Origin: Amoebophrya sp. A120
Taxonomy: Eukaryota > Protista > Dinoflagellata
Length of the DNA: 64,000 nucleotides
Assembly (NCBI GenBank): GCA_905178155.1
Contig: CAJINV010000001.1
Span: 8,339,599-8,403,598, forward strand
Reading direction: 5' to 3'
Part shown: positions 11,401-22,342 of the stretch, piece by piece
How positions within the stretch are numbered: the stretch's first letter is position 1
How the letters are laid out: each line of letters starts with the position of its first letter
The notes under the pieces: model-generated
The model's input: the letters and a program-made list of their open reading frames with translations, nothing else
What the model was told of the DNA's origin: nothing
Databases searched by the model: none
Position numbers and translations under genes: made by a program

Positions 11401-14138
11401 CAGTTGCATCCCCAACTCCTGCACGAACTCGTTCTGCCAGGAACTGTTCAACAATAACGCGTCGCGGATGTGCAACCGTCTCACTCTTTCCTCCAGCATG
11501 TTGCCGAAATGCATCAGGATTCATCAAATGCAAAAGTGTCTGGGTCTGGAAACTTGTGATGCTGGGTGGCGTCTCATGATGAGGCCACAAATGCTGGCTT
11601 AGCATGACAAGTTTCTGAGTTTCTAGGTGTTGCCTATTCTGCATGACAAACTGCGTTTCTGCATCACAGAAAAATGGAGCTCTTGGGTAACGTGCATGAC
11701 AGATTTAAGAGCCATGCCAGACAAGCATGACAAATCTCGCAATCTTCCAGACCCAGACATTTTTACAGTTGATAGGATTTCGCTCGCCACAATCTCCGGG
11801 TTGGGGACCAGTTGCATTTGCGGCTGCTCTATCAAATGCAAAAATGTCTGGGTCTGGAAAGTTGTAATGCTAAAAGTGGATGATAGCCGGACTGCAATAC
11901 GCAGCCAAGCATGACAAATTTTTGAGCGGCTACGTGTTGCGTATTCCGCATGAGAAACTGCGTTTTTGCATGACAGATAGGAGAGCCGGTTCGTTCCCAC
12001 GCATTACAGATTCTCGAGTCATGTCAGACATGCATGACAAGTCGCAGAATCTTCCAGACCCAGACATTTTTACATTTGATATCCAGGGTGTGGTCGTCCA
12101 CGCTAAAATGGTCAGGTCCGCCTGGTTATGAAATGCAAAAATGTCTGGGTCTGGAAGAATGCAACTTGTGATGCTGTATTTGGAAGCCAAAAAAATCTGT
12201 ATTGCATGAGTAGCAAACAGAATGCAATTTTTGCTAAGCTGAGAAGGCATTTGTCATGCGGAATAGGCATCAAGAAGCCCTCAAAAAATCTCTATTGCTA
12301 GGGTATGCATCACAGACATCATGGCTCATGCAAAACGTGCATGATATGTTTCAGAATCTTCCAGACCCAGACATTTTTACAGTTGATACTGGTCGACAAC
12401 TTCGAACCGCGCAATGACGGAGGGGTCCTTATCCAAGAAAAAAACACCATCACAGTCACACTTGGGAGGTTTTGCATCAGAAATTCTTCTCGCATGACAA
12501 ACTTTTCTTGTATTGCAAAAACACAAAGGGAAATCGGCTATAAGTGTTGACTGTGATGCATTTTTGCGCATGACAAAAATTTTTGTATTGCAAAAATGTG
12601 CAAAAGTGATTGTGATCGTGTTTTTTTCTTGGATAGTCTTTCACGTCCTTGTAGTTCTGGGACACTTCGAAATTGGACAGGGCGGTCTTATCAAATGTAA
12701 AAATGTCTGGGTCTGGAAGAATGCATGTTTGTCATGCTTGTCTGGCATGACTCTTAAATCTGTCATGCACATTGCCCAAGAGACGTTTTTTTCTGTCATG
12801 CGGAGACGCAGTTTGTCATGCAGAATAGGCACCACCTACAAGCTCAGAAATTCGTCATGCTAAGCCAGCACTTGTGGCCTCCTTATGCTACGCCACTCAG
12901 CATCACAAGTTTCCAGACCCATACATTTTTACCCTTGATAGGTCTGGCAGGCGAACGAATACGGCATCACGCGGAGCGCCCGGTAGACCATACCTGTTGA
13001 GAGATTTATTTTGTGGACTATAGGATTTGCATTTGACAATCTTCAGTTCTCATGCCCCTACCTTGTGCAGGAGCATATTAAGACCGGAAATAATTCCATG
13101 TACGTGTACTAAGGGAAGTCATGCAAAAATACCAAGTACCTTTCTCGAAGAGTTGCTTGAAGACCCACCAGATGGATTCCATGAAGTTTACGTCCATCGT
13201 TTTGTAATCGTTGTCCATATCAATCCACCTTCCGTATCTTTCCACGGTTTTTCTCCAGTCCTGGGCGTACCGTTGCACCTGTTTATTAGAGCGACGATTG
13301 TATTGTGATCATTCGTGTCCGATTCATTGTGGAAATCGAACTATGAAAAAGCGCTCTGTGTGCATAACCAGACAAAGCAACATGGAAGGTCATGTGATCC
13401 AGAACGGATGAAAAAGGTTCAGTACGATGCTGCGGCACTGCTCGTTGTATGCTGCTATCCCCATGTCGTAAACGTCTTTACGTTCTTTGATGCCCAACTT
13501 CTTGTCGATCTCGTTCTCTACTGGAAGTCTGTGTTTTGTCGGAATCAAAGGATTTTATTCATCCGTCATTCTCATTTTATCCAAGATTCTTGCACCAGAC
13601 GCTCACAAAATTGCGCTAGCTACAATCATGATCATGTCAATCCACATCGATAATGCTGCACGCAAACATCATGAAACCGTACCCGTGGCAATCCCAGCCC
13701 CATCGCCGCAAGACCTGCTTTCCGTTCTGGTGCTGATACCTACAGACGACATCTTTTATCGTTCCCGCTAGGATGTGCCCGTAGTGCGGCAACCCGGTCG
13801 CGAATGGGGGTCCATCGTAGAAAATGTAGGCCGGTTTATCTGCAGTATCGGTTTGAGAACAGTTGCGTAAGTATTTGTTGTAAATTTTTCCAATGAAACG
13901 CAAAACTAAAGTCGATTCATCTGCTCTTCGTCCTTCGAGGGTACTGCGTGTGAAGAACTGGCCGGCAATCATAACCAGGCGCTCAACTTCTACCTGAGTG
14001 AATGAAAATAATACCTTTGCTCTGCTCCATGCATTGTGCGAAAGCCTTAATTTCCCGCCATTTTTTCAGCACTTTCTCCTCCTCTTCCGGGAAGCAGGGT
14101 CGCTCCGGAATCTCCTTAAAGGTTGACGCGACCACCAT
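5412..14138 (-). CDS. IARS1: Isoleucyl-tRNA synthetase, cytosolic type, multi-exon
   Basis: [75 protein letters not shown] and KMSKS can all be reconstructed. About 7 canonical GT-AG introns plus 4 TIR-element introns. Confidence 0.97.
8764..8924. mobile_element. Family A TIR element broken by an N gap at 8893
   Basis: Starts TATCAAATGCAAAAATGTCTGGGTCTGGAA with left flank TCCAG. 8764-8892 differs by 1 nt from 11830-11958. After the N is a right TIR ending ...AATCCATA with a non-matching flank (CCTCA). Confidence 0.85.
9211..11829 (-). CDS. Hypothetical protein (about 660 aa, probably 5'-truncated) lying inside an IleRS intron
   Basis: Removing three TIR elements gives one frame: [10 protein letters not shown]...SEILMHFGN...HAQDNSIDNF...[16 protein letters not shown]...DDPYQA*. 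No recognisable domain. Confidence 0.8.
10106..10333. mobile_element. TIR introner (family H), 228 bp
   Basis: IR TATGCAATACAAATATGCC / GGCATAATTGCTTTGCATA. Decayed TSD GCTTT/ACTTC. Removal restores the frame GDGKLS. Confidence 0.75.
10399..10547. mobile_element. TIR introner (family G), 149 bp
   Basis: IR TATGCATTGCAAAAGTATCGTACTCGTA / TACGAGTACGATGCTTTTGCAGTTCATA. Perfect TSD TGTCC. Confidence 0.9.
11522..11774. mobile_element. TIR introner (family A1), 253 bp
   Basis: About 30-bp IR, perfect TSD GGATT. Highly similar to 33624-33875. Removal gives SEILMHF. Confidence 0.93.
11830..12081. mobile_element. TIR introner (family A3), 252 bp, discordant flanks
   Basis: Left flank is TGCTC and right flank is TCCAG. 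The matching TCCAG lies at 8759-8763. Confidence 0.9.
12127..12388. mobile_element. TIR introner (family A2), 262 bp, in IleRS
   Basis: Perfect TSD CTGGT. Removal gives [13 protein letters not shown]. Similar to 48551-48813. Confidence 0.93.
12430..12635. mobile_element. TIR introner (family B), 206 bp, in IleRS
   Basis: IR TATCCAAGAAAAAAACAC / GTGTTTTTTTCTTGGATA. TSD GTCCT/GTCTT. Removal gives YKDVKDPSV. Confidence 0.92.
12689..12940. mobile_element. TIR introner (family A1, inverted orientation), 252 bp, in IleRS
   Basis: Perfect TSD GGTCT. Interior is the reverse complement of the 11522 and 33624 copies. Removal gives CQTALSNFE. Confidence 0.93.
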
Positions 14139-14713
14139 TTTGCGGAGGGGGTGTTTGTTTTGCGCTGCCGTAGACAGACTGGTCTTCGCCAACGGCAGGG
14201 GAAATAGTCGCCGCTTCGTGGTCGTTGAGGCAATTTTTGGAAAACGTTCTTCAAAAATGAAACTTAGTCAAAAAATAACAATTATGAAGATGATATATTT
14301 TTGCGTGCAGAGCCAAAATTTGTGGTATGTGGTCGTTAAGAATAAGAAAACTTTGTTTGGGATAAGGAATATTCTAGCAGAACCTGTCCATAGAAAAGAA
14401 GTCAGGAATTGGGAGACAAAAAAGTGCCACATGATCGTCACGACAGAATCGATCTCACGAGAATGGATCTTTCCTTCCATAGCATATTTGCAAGAAGATT
14501 AATGAAGCCTTGACTCAGATCAATAACCAGTTTCGATCGCCACCTCCTTTCAGAACCAACACGTTGGTTTCAAGTGGAACTTGACAATATCATGTACTCA
14601 AGCTGATCGATCGCCTCATGTAAGTACTCAAGCTGTGCGGTTCTTTTGATCTCGTACTTGTAGTCGCAGTTACACAGCGCCAGTTTCTTCGAAAGATGCA
14701 AAAAATATGATCT

Positions 14714-15418
14714 TTGGCCAGAACACATCGTGGAAGTGCAGGCGGCACTAGCGACGTCGTATCACGAAAATACAGCGCGAAGCAGGTTGCGAAAGTGAAT
14801 GATTTCTGGGACTTTATATGGGGACTCGGGAAAGCTGTTGTTGATGAAGACTTTGATTTATTATCTCAGGCCATTTGTAGCTGGCAAGACAGGCGGGGCA
14901 ATGTTGACTATGCTGAAATCAGACGCTCCTGTTTTCTAGAAACCAACCGGACTTTTTTGCAAATGCAGCTCGGCACCGCGTTCATCTTGAAAAGAAACAC
15001 TTTTCGTGCAGATGATGACGCGATGCGGCTTAGGTGTCGGCTGGCCCATCTGTGGGACTATATTATGCCACCGACCTGTCGTACCGGTACTGGTTTTCAA
15101 TTGCGCCTTTCTTTGCATAAAAAAATGGAGATGCTACAGTACAGGGGGACTTGTGAAGTGGAAAGGGTACGGGTAACCGTGCTTAAATCGGGTAAAAATT
15201 ATAACAGCACGAGTGCTATTAATTTATATCGGAAAACGGGGGCTTTGAAGGGAGGAAAATTCCGCAGCGTTTACATCGGTAAAGAACTCTCCGACGACAA
15301 CGCTTCGGCTTGGGGCTCTTGGGCTAAACAAAAAAATAAAGAATCGAGGTCGAACGGGATACAAATAAGTATCGGAAAAGCACAAAAGCGTCACAGCCGC
15401 TCCCGCTCGAGTCCTTGA
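14714..15418 (+). CDS. Possible hypothetical protein; only credible plus-strand ORF
   Basis: 234-codon uninterrupted ORF that does not shadow a minus-strand gene. TTG start, no recognised domain. Confidence 0.4.
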   Translation: MARTHRGSAGGTSDVVSRKYSAKQVAKVNDFWDFIWGLGKAVVDEDFDLLSQAICSWQDRRGNVDYAEIRRSCFLETNRTFLQMQLGTAFILKRNTFRADDDAMRLRCRLAHLWDYIMPPTCRTGTGFQLRLSLHKKMEMLQYRGTCEVERVRVTVLKSGKNYNSTSAINLYRKTGALKGGKFRSVYIGKELSDDNASAWGSWAKQKNKESRSNGIQISIGKAQKRHSRSRSSP

Positions 15419-15511
15419 TTCTCATTTGACATGCAAAGAAAAAAATGCGAGAAGTGCGTTCGTGTAAAAAAATGTAAACTGTGTGTGAAATGCGAACTAT
15501 TATTAGAAAAT

Positions 15512-15582
15512 GAAAATGTAAACTGTTACTAGAAAATGCAAACTGTTACTAGAAAATGTAAACTGTTACTAGAAAATGTAAA
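15512..15582. repeat. 20-bp tandem repeat, about 3.5 copies
   Basis: GAAAATG(T/C)AAACTGTTACTA x3 plus a partial copy. Confidence 0.9.
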
Positions 15583-16392
15583 TTTGAGCATGAGCTTCTG
15601 AGTGTAATATGAGCCTACTGTAAACTTTGACTGAGTCTTCTTGAAAAACGCACTACTCGTTTAAAAAACCGAAAACAAAAAAAAAACTTTTCGACGAACA
15701 CAGGAATCCGCTTACTCACTGTACCCGCTGAGCGAGTGCCCGACGATGAAATCACCGATCCACTTTTCCCGAGCAAAGTTCGACGGCTTTGGCGCCCCCC
15801 CGCAGCAGCACGGGCCGGGCTTGTTGACTTCCGCACTGCACCCCTGCCGAGCGGCGATAGAAGTCTTCAGGTCGCGAAAGTTGTCTACGCTCTTGTTCGG
15901 TTCTCGCTTCTTGTTGCCGGACTCGACCGCAGCGACAAAATTCACTTCGGTGGGCCTCAGGTACCAAGCCTCGCCCGGCAAAACCTGGCAAGTTTTTGTG
16001 TGTCAGTGATGCGTTTCGTTTCAGAAACAAAGAAAAAAATTATTTTTGTTCCGTGGAAAAACCCAAAAATTAGGTAAAAAAATGACTATGAAACTTCAGG
16101 CAGCTTTATGGAACTTGATAGGTGATTCATACCTGGAAGACTTCAATTTTCGACCCATTTTTGCGCTTCGATGATGCCCACACCAGCTGCCCATCCACCT
16201 GCTCGGTCTCGCACAACACGATACGAAAACCTGAAAGTTTTAATTTTTGGTTTTTTACCATGCACATGGGATAGATACTTCTCCTCATTCGGACAAACAT
16301 TCAAGAAGCTATGCGTATCAGGAGTTGCTACGTCGAGTAGGTACTTCTAGAGAAAAAAAAGTTGTATGGCTGGTCGCAGCACACGATATTGT

Positions 16393-17682
16393 TCAAAACA
16401 TTTCTATACAGTGCGCTTCGCAAATCGCCTCCGTCGCAAAGTCTAGGAGTGCCTCGCGCAGCTCGTTTCGCACGGGCAACGCGATGCCGTACGGCAGGTT
16501 TTTCTTCCCGGTTTCCGCGTAGGCCAGAATGGTGCCCCGGTCCTCCGGCTTCCTTTCGTAGTACTGCAGCCAGAGCATCTCCTTGTTGGCGATCATGGTT
16601 CGAACCAGGTAGAGTCCCGTGCCCATCTCCTGTACCTGGCCACTCCACCAGGTCGGCACCGCTAGCCGCTTCTCCCGGTTGTCTGCGCGGTTCCCGGACT
16701 TTCGGGAAGATGCGGTCGTCGAGGTGCCGCTGTTCTCGCCGACCTTGGAGGTGGAGGACTTCTTGTTCGTTGGGGCTGCTTCATCGGAGGCGTTGTCTTT
16801 CAGCAGCGTCTCCCGCCCCTCCGACTGCTTCCGCGTCCGCGAGGAGGCGCGGGAACGAGCACCCCCAGCGGCGGCCTCCACGGGGATGGCGGCGGCGGTC
16901 AGGGCGTCCGTCAACCGCTTTTTCGCCGTGGCGGTTTTCGCCGACTTGTTGAACCAGTTGAAAAAGGCGCGGAGAACCAGCAAGACCACAAAAGCAATCA
17001 CCAAATACCCGAGGAACGTGAGCAGGACGGCGAACTCGGGCAAATTTTCCTCCAAAATGGGGAACTTGGACTTCAGCAGGTTGTAGTTCTGCTCGGCTGT
17101 GGCGTACAAATTGTTCACGAGCAACTTCGCCCGGTCGACATACGGCTGGACAAGGACTTGCACTTTTTCGACGTACGGCTGGAGTGCGACACTGATGTCC
17201 TCGATCACCTTCGTCGTTTTCTCCGACAACTGCAACGCGAGTTTCTTCACTTCCTCGCCGACCACCGCGATTTTCGCCTCCACCTTCGCGACCGCCTCCG
17301 GAATGCCGCTGCTGTAGTAGTACCAATTGGCCAGGTTCGTCGTGTAGAGATCGTACAATTCCATCATTCTCGCGGAATAGTAGATGGTCAGCTCCTCCAA
17401 TTTCAGCCAACTGCGGATCACGAACGCCTCCAGCGCCGCCAGGCGTTCGCTGATTTTCAGCGCGGTGGCAATCTGCTCCAGTTTCTGCTGGTACGCTGCG
17501 TAGGCATTGCGGAAGAAATCGGGGATCGTATAGAACAAAATGTCGTACACGCCGAGCTTCTGCAGGTACGCCATCGCGGAATCCTGCAGCAAAATCAACT
17601 GCTGAAGCAACCACTGCCAGAACAGCTCCAGCTGCATCTGCGCGGTCGCCAGCCGGGCCTGAACCTGGGTGAGCACGGACAT
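16393..17682 (-). CDS. Predicted membrane protein: helical N-region, one TM helix, globular C-terminus
   Basis: Long GC3-rich ORF from MSVLTQ. Hydrophobic segment FAVLLTFLGYLVIAFVVLLVL. The 3' end may splice. Confidence 0.8.
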   Translation of the reverse strand: MSVLTQVQARLATAQMQLELFWQWLLQQLILLQDSAMAYLQKLGVYDILFYTIPDFFRNAYAAYQQKLEQIATALKISERLAALEAFVIRSWLKLEELTIYYSARMMELYDLYTTNLANWYYYSSGIPEAVAKVEAKIAVVGEEVKKLALQLSEKTTKVIEDISVALQPYVEKVQVLVQPYVDRAKLLVNNLYATAEQNYNLLKSKFPILEENLPEFAVLLTFLGYLVIAFVVLLVLRAFFNWFNKSAKTATAKKRLTDALTAAAIPVEAAAGGARSRASSRTRKQSEGRETLLKDNASDEAAPTNKKSSTSKVGENSGTSTTASSRKSGNRADNREKRLAVPTWWSGQVQEMGTGLYLVRTMIANKEMLWLQYYERKPEDRGTILAYAETGKKNLPYGIALPVRNELREALLDFATEAICEAHCIEMF

Positions 17683-18431
17683 GGTCCTCGAGGTTGCGTT
17701 TTTATTAATGAAATGTACTTGATGCTTCTGAGGTGAGTTGTTGAATGATGTAAAATGTTCGAAAGGATGAAAAGGGAAGAAAAGGAGGAACCACGACCAA
17801 GAATTGGACCGTGGATCGGACTGTTGTTGAAATGGAAAGTTGGGAAGATTCAAAACTGGAATCAACGACGTTAACATAACTTCACAATTATTTTTCACGA
17901 AGACGGGACGAGAACGCACGGGAGAAACCTGCCGTATGAACGATGACACCGACTACGAGAATAAGCAACTGCGTACGTAATCTGCAGCACAGTGTGAACG
18001 ACAGTTTTTCACGAATGGACGAATTCCAGCTGTTCGTGGACGAAGTTTAAACGTTACTGTGATATAAAACTTGAACGATGCCCCAGACGACGCTTACGAA
18101 AAAATCTAGCACTTCTTTTCATCATCCGCGTTCATGGAATACAGGAAATGCATTTGCATGCGTTTTTAACACGAGCAAGCTATGTAAGCCTACTTTTGTT
18201 TTACCTTGCAGGATTATGGTTACATGCATGCAGGCCGAGTTCAGAGGGCTGCTTCGTGACACATCCTAGCCGTATTCTCAAGCATCACAACTTCAAACAC
18301 AATTGTCTCGCAAGTACAGTGGTGAAGAACATCTCACTTTCTGCATTTTTTGATGAAATAAACTACACAAGTTGCAAGCGATCTTGTCCCTTTTTACCGC
18401 CGAGATGTTGAAACACGACTGCGCGCTACTC

Positions 18432-21400
18432 TCACATGAGGAAGGAGGTGGCTTTCGTGCCGAACCGAAGCAGGTCGCGCAACGCACCGTCGAGGAATGC
18501 GATGCGGTTCCCCCATGTGGCGTGCTGCCTCAGTGTGAGGTCGACGTGGTGCATGATGTTGATGGATGGGTCGAGCTCGTACTGCCACCCTTCAAGAGTG
18601 ATGGTGGATACCTGACAATGTGTAAATGCAATTTTCCTTGTCTTCATCCAGTTGCAGCTTCTCCTAAACTGACGACAGGACGGCGCGAGATGGAAATGGT
18701 ATAAGAACCGATGGAATTAATTATTGCAAAAGCTTCAAAAGCACACGCCAAACAACAATCAATAGCTGTGAAGATGATTTAAGTACCACAGCGACCAGTA
18801 TCGTCGGGTGCAATTCCAGCGTGTGCCTCCTGCAGCAATCCAGAACGTCCTTGATAATGTCCCGCGACCGCGACGTTTTGTACAACGCGGGATCCTGTCG
18901 GATGCGGCGCCAGATGTGGCCCTTGGCGGACAACTCCTCGATGAACGAAGCCCGGTTGCTGGCGTTCAGACTGCCGAGATTCGCCGCGGACAGAGCGAGG
19001 ATTTCCTCCGCTAATTTTTTCCCGTCGTACTCCAGCATCGCCTGGAAAAAGCCACGGACGTTCTGCCCAAGCGAAGGCTCAATGTGGGCGGACAGACCTG
19101 GGAGATTTTTCCAAGAGTCGGCTTTTAGCAACCTCCGATGTTGCAGCTCTTTTAGTGGCTATCGCTATAGATGCAAAATAAACCAGCAAGAACTACAAGA
19201 AGTCTTGTTTTATGAGCACCGAAAATTTGATACCTGCGTCCAAGAAGCAGACGTCCGGCAGCTGGGTTACGTCCGTCCCGAGCCCCAAAATCCAGGACTG
19301 CAGGTTCTGACGCATCTTGGTCAAAAACCCGCCCTTCTGCTCATAATGCCGGACGAAAACGTTCCCGGGATGCAGATCCGCGTGGATAAAATTGTCGACG
19401 ATGATCATTTTGAGCAGGGCCATGAGTCCAATCGTGCCCAGCCGCTCGACCAACTCGCCGTGCAGCTGGTCCGCGCTGTACTCGACATCGGAAGACGACG
19501 AATTGCTTCTGTCCGAGGCGGAGATGGTGGCGGGAGAAGATGTTGACGAGGAACTTTTATTTTTAGAAGAAGGATTTGATGAACTCGAAGAACCTTTATT
19601 TCCGGCGTCCTTTTTCTCCCCCTCCAATCCGTGGATAGCCAACCGGTCCGCGACGAAGTTCTCGTCGACCCCCTTCTCCAGCAGCTCTTTCCGTCGCTTT
19701 TCTCTATCGCGGTCCTGCTGCTTCAGCTTGATGAATTGCGAAATCGACGCACCGGGCTCGAAGGACTCGATCAGCACTTCTGGGGTAGACACCGACGCCT
19801 TGGGAAAACTCACGTTTCCCCAACCCTCGAAGTTGCTGCGAAACTGGCGGAGATTCGCCGCTTCCAGATCGAAGTCCAGCTGGTCGCCCATGTGCGCGCG
19901 AAACTGCTTCAGCATGCGGTTCAAGCGATAGCTGGACTCGAAATACCTAGAAAGTATTTTTTGCAAAACGCGCATGCGGAAAACTCATTGAAGCAGATGA
20001 AACGAGAACATTTCAGTGCAAAGAAGGCGGGTTCTTCCAGCCTCCGTCCGTCTCCGAAGAAAAAAACTATACCAGTTGCAGACCGTGTCCGTGAACCTCG
20101 ATAATTTCTCCAAGATCGCGAAATCCAGATCCATCACGCGCTCCAGCCGAGGATGCTGTACTTTCACCGCTACATTCACCACGTAGTTGCGATCTACCAC
20201 CGGCGCGCCACTGGTTTTTTCGGTTGTTGTCGCTAGCTGGTGCTTTGTCTCGCCTAGTACTACACTTTCTGTCCCACCAGCGCCCTTGAACCCGGCGTTC
20301 TCTAGCCCAGCCTGCACCTGTTTTGAGCGGTACTCGCCGACCCTGACCTGGGCACGGTACACCTGCCCGATGCTCCCACTCGCCACCGGCTCGGGCTCGA
20401 GCTGCAGGTACTCGAGCACGTTGTTCCCAAAATTCCGTTTCAAAATTTCCTCCGTCTCTGCCATGGTGTGCGCGGGGGAGTTTTGCGTCAAGCGATTTAG
20501 CTCGTCGCACAGCTCCACGGGGAACAGGTCATACCTGGTGGATGCCCACTGACCCCATTTGATGAACACAGGGCCGGCTTGCTCGAGCGCCGCCCGCAGC
20601 CTTTTGCACCACTGCAGCCGGCGCTCCTGGTTCCGCTGCAGGTCAGACTCGGACAGCCGGCTTTTCGGGTCTTTCAGACGCGGTTTGGCGAGCTGCGCGA
20701 CCTCCTCAGCGGTCGGGGCTTCGCTGCGAGCTACGGAGGTCGTGGTCGGGGTGTCGAGGATTTCGACCTTCCCTGTTTCCTTGTCGTACAGCAGTTTCCT
20801 TTCCTGGGGGTCCTGGATGTACTCCACCTGGCAAGGTGCGAGGTACCACCACGGCACCCACAGCGCGACGACGGGCAGGAAAATCCTCCCGAGCGTCCAG
20901 ATTCGCTGGCACAGTTCGAAAAAGTTCAGGTGCTTCACGCGCCGGTCCAGAAAGCCCGTGGATATGTCAGCGTCCTCAGTTGGGGGCGCGGCTGGTTGTA
21001 CTGTCGCAGCAGAAGCGGTGCTAGAATCCGATGCTGCACCGCTGGTGCCGGTCTTGTTCTCTCGACGTTTTGATGATGGCGCTTTGTTTTTCTGCCCGGT
21101 ATCATCAACATCACTGGTGGCGCCTTCGCTTTTCTGTCCCGGTGTCGTGTCCTTTGTAGTTGAGCCACTTATGGCCCCCCCTACTGGCACTTGGTTCCTT
21201 CTCGATGAATTCGTTCGAAGCACAACTGGCTGCAGCACTTCCGCCACCTCGTCGACGTCGCTGCTGTATTTTTGCCGCGCGTAGACCTCGTAGAAGACCG
21301 TGCCACCGAGCGCAAGCACACTAGCGGAGGTGACGCCGAACGCGCCGCGTTTGATCAGGCGAAACCGGCTCGCACTCGGGTCTGCGCTCGAGGAAACGCT

Positions 21401-21520
21401 GCCGCCGATTTGCTCGCTGCCGGTCTGCAGGCCACGGCGAAATATGGCTGAGTAGTTCTGGTTGCCGCCTGCACGTTGGCAACGCTCGAGCAGCTGCGGG
21501 ATCCGGCGGGGAAACAGCAT
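18432..21520 (-). CDS. ABC1/UbiB/ADCK atypical kinase (ADCK2-like), 4 exons
   Basis: GPVFIKWGQWASTRYDLFP, PVASGSIGQVYRA, VAVKVQHP, IHADLHPGN and FLDAG. Three GT-AG introns. Confidence 0.93.
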
Positions 21521-22342
21521 GTTCGTGCTGCTCCTGGTCCAGAGTAGGCTGTTCCGGCAGGAGGCTGAAAGGTCGACGCAGGCAGGTGGACGAAAAATCA
21601 AAAGAGGCTTGCATTCTAAGAACTAAGCGTGATTGTACAAGATCAAACTTTTTTTGCAAAAGTAATTCAACACAAGAGAGGTAAGTAAATAGCGGTACAT
21701 TTTCAATTGATTTGTAAACAACTAGAATGAAATAGAGGAATGGAGGATCACGTTTTGCACGACCATGAAAATTGAACGGAGACCACGACTACCGAGTCAT
21801 ACTACTAAACAAAAAAAAGTGCGCACTGAAGAAAGTTGTGTAGAGTTTTGTGTCATGACAAAAAGATGCGTTGCCGCCAAAAATTGCTTGACAGTTCGTT
21901 TTCTCTCAGAAACTTACGACAAGTCAAGAACAAGGTTCTCAAAAGTCATTGGCCTCTTCCTCTCCGTGCTCGCGCGTGACAAAAGCAAAAGATCATCAAC
22001 ACTTGGCGATGTGACGCTTGTATTTTTGTTGTGCATTGGCGGCGCATAGGAATTTATAGGGATTATAATTTCAAATCAGAATTGGCACACAGTGACAGTT
22101 GAGAAGTTCATATATCACCTTATCATTTGCATCGATTTGAAACGGTTAGCTTTGATTCCGGCGTGTAGAAGCACATCTACTTCGCCTTCGGAGTCGATTC
22201 CATATAATGTAACTTTGGGTGCGCCGAGCACCGAAAGAACCTCCCCTTCGTGCAATACATCAAAACTGAAAGACTGGTTTATACACACGGATCGGGTCCA
22301 GAACAACATTCTGCGCCGCCACTGTCAGCACCCACAAGCACC

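Noticed and set aside
9211-11829. Enclosed ORF as the autonomous transposase
   Set aside because: No DDE, tyrosine-recombinase or HUH motif was recognised, the inner flanks are discordant and an assembly gap is adjacent.
11522-12940. CRISPR-like alternation of repeats with 41-55 nt unique spacers
   Set aside because: The repeats are inverted ends of 200-260 bp elements, the spacers are coding microexons, and there are no cas genes.
11623-13000. Short ORFs with recurring FQTQTFL, PDPDIF and KNVWVWK peptides
   Set aside because: These are translations of the family A TIR, not proteins.
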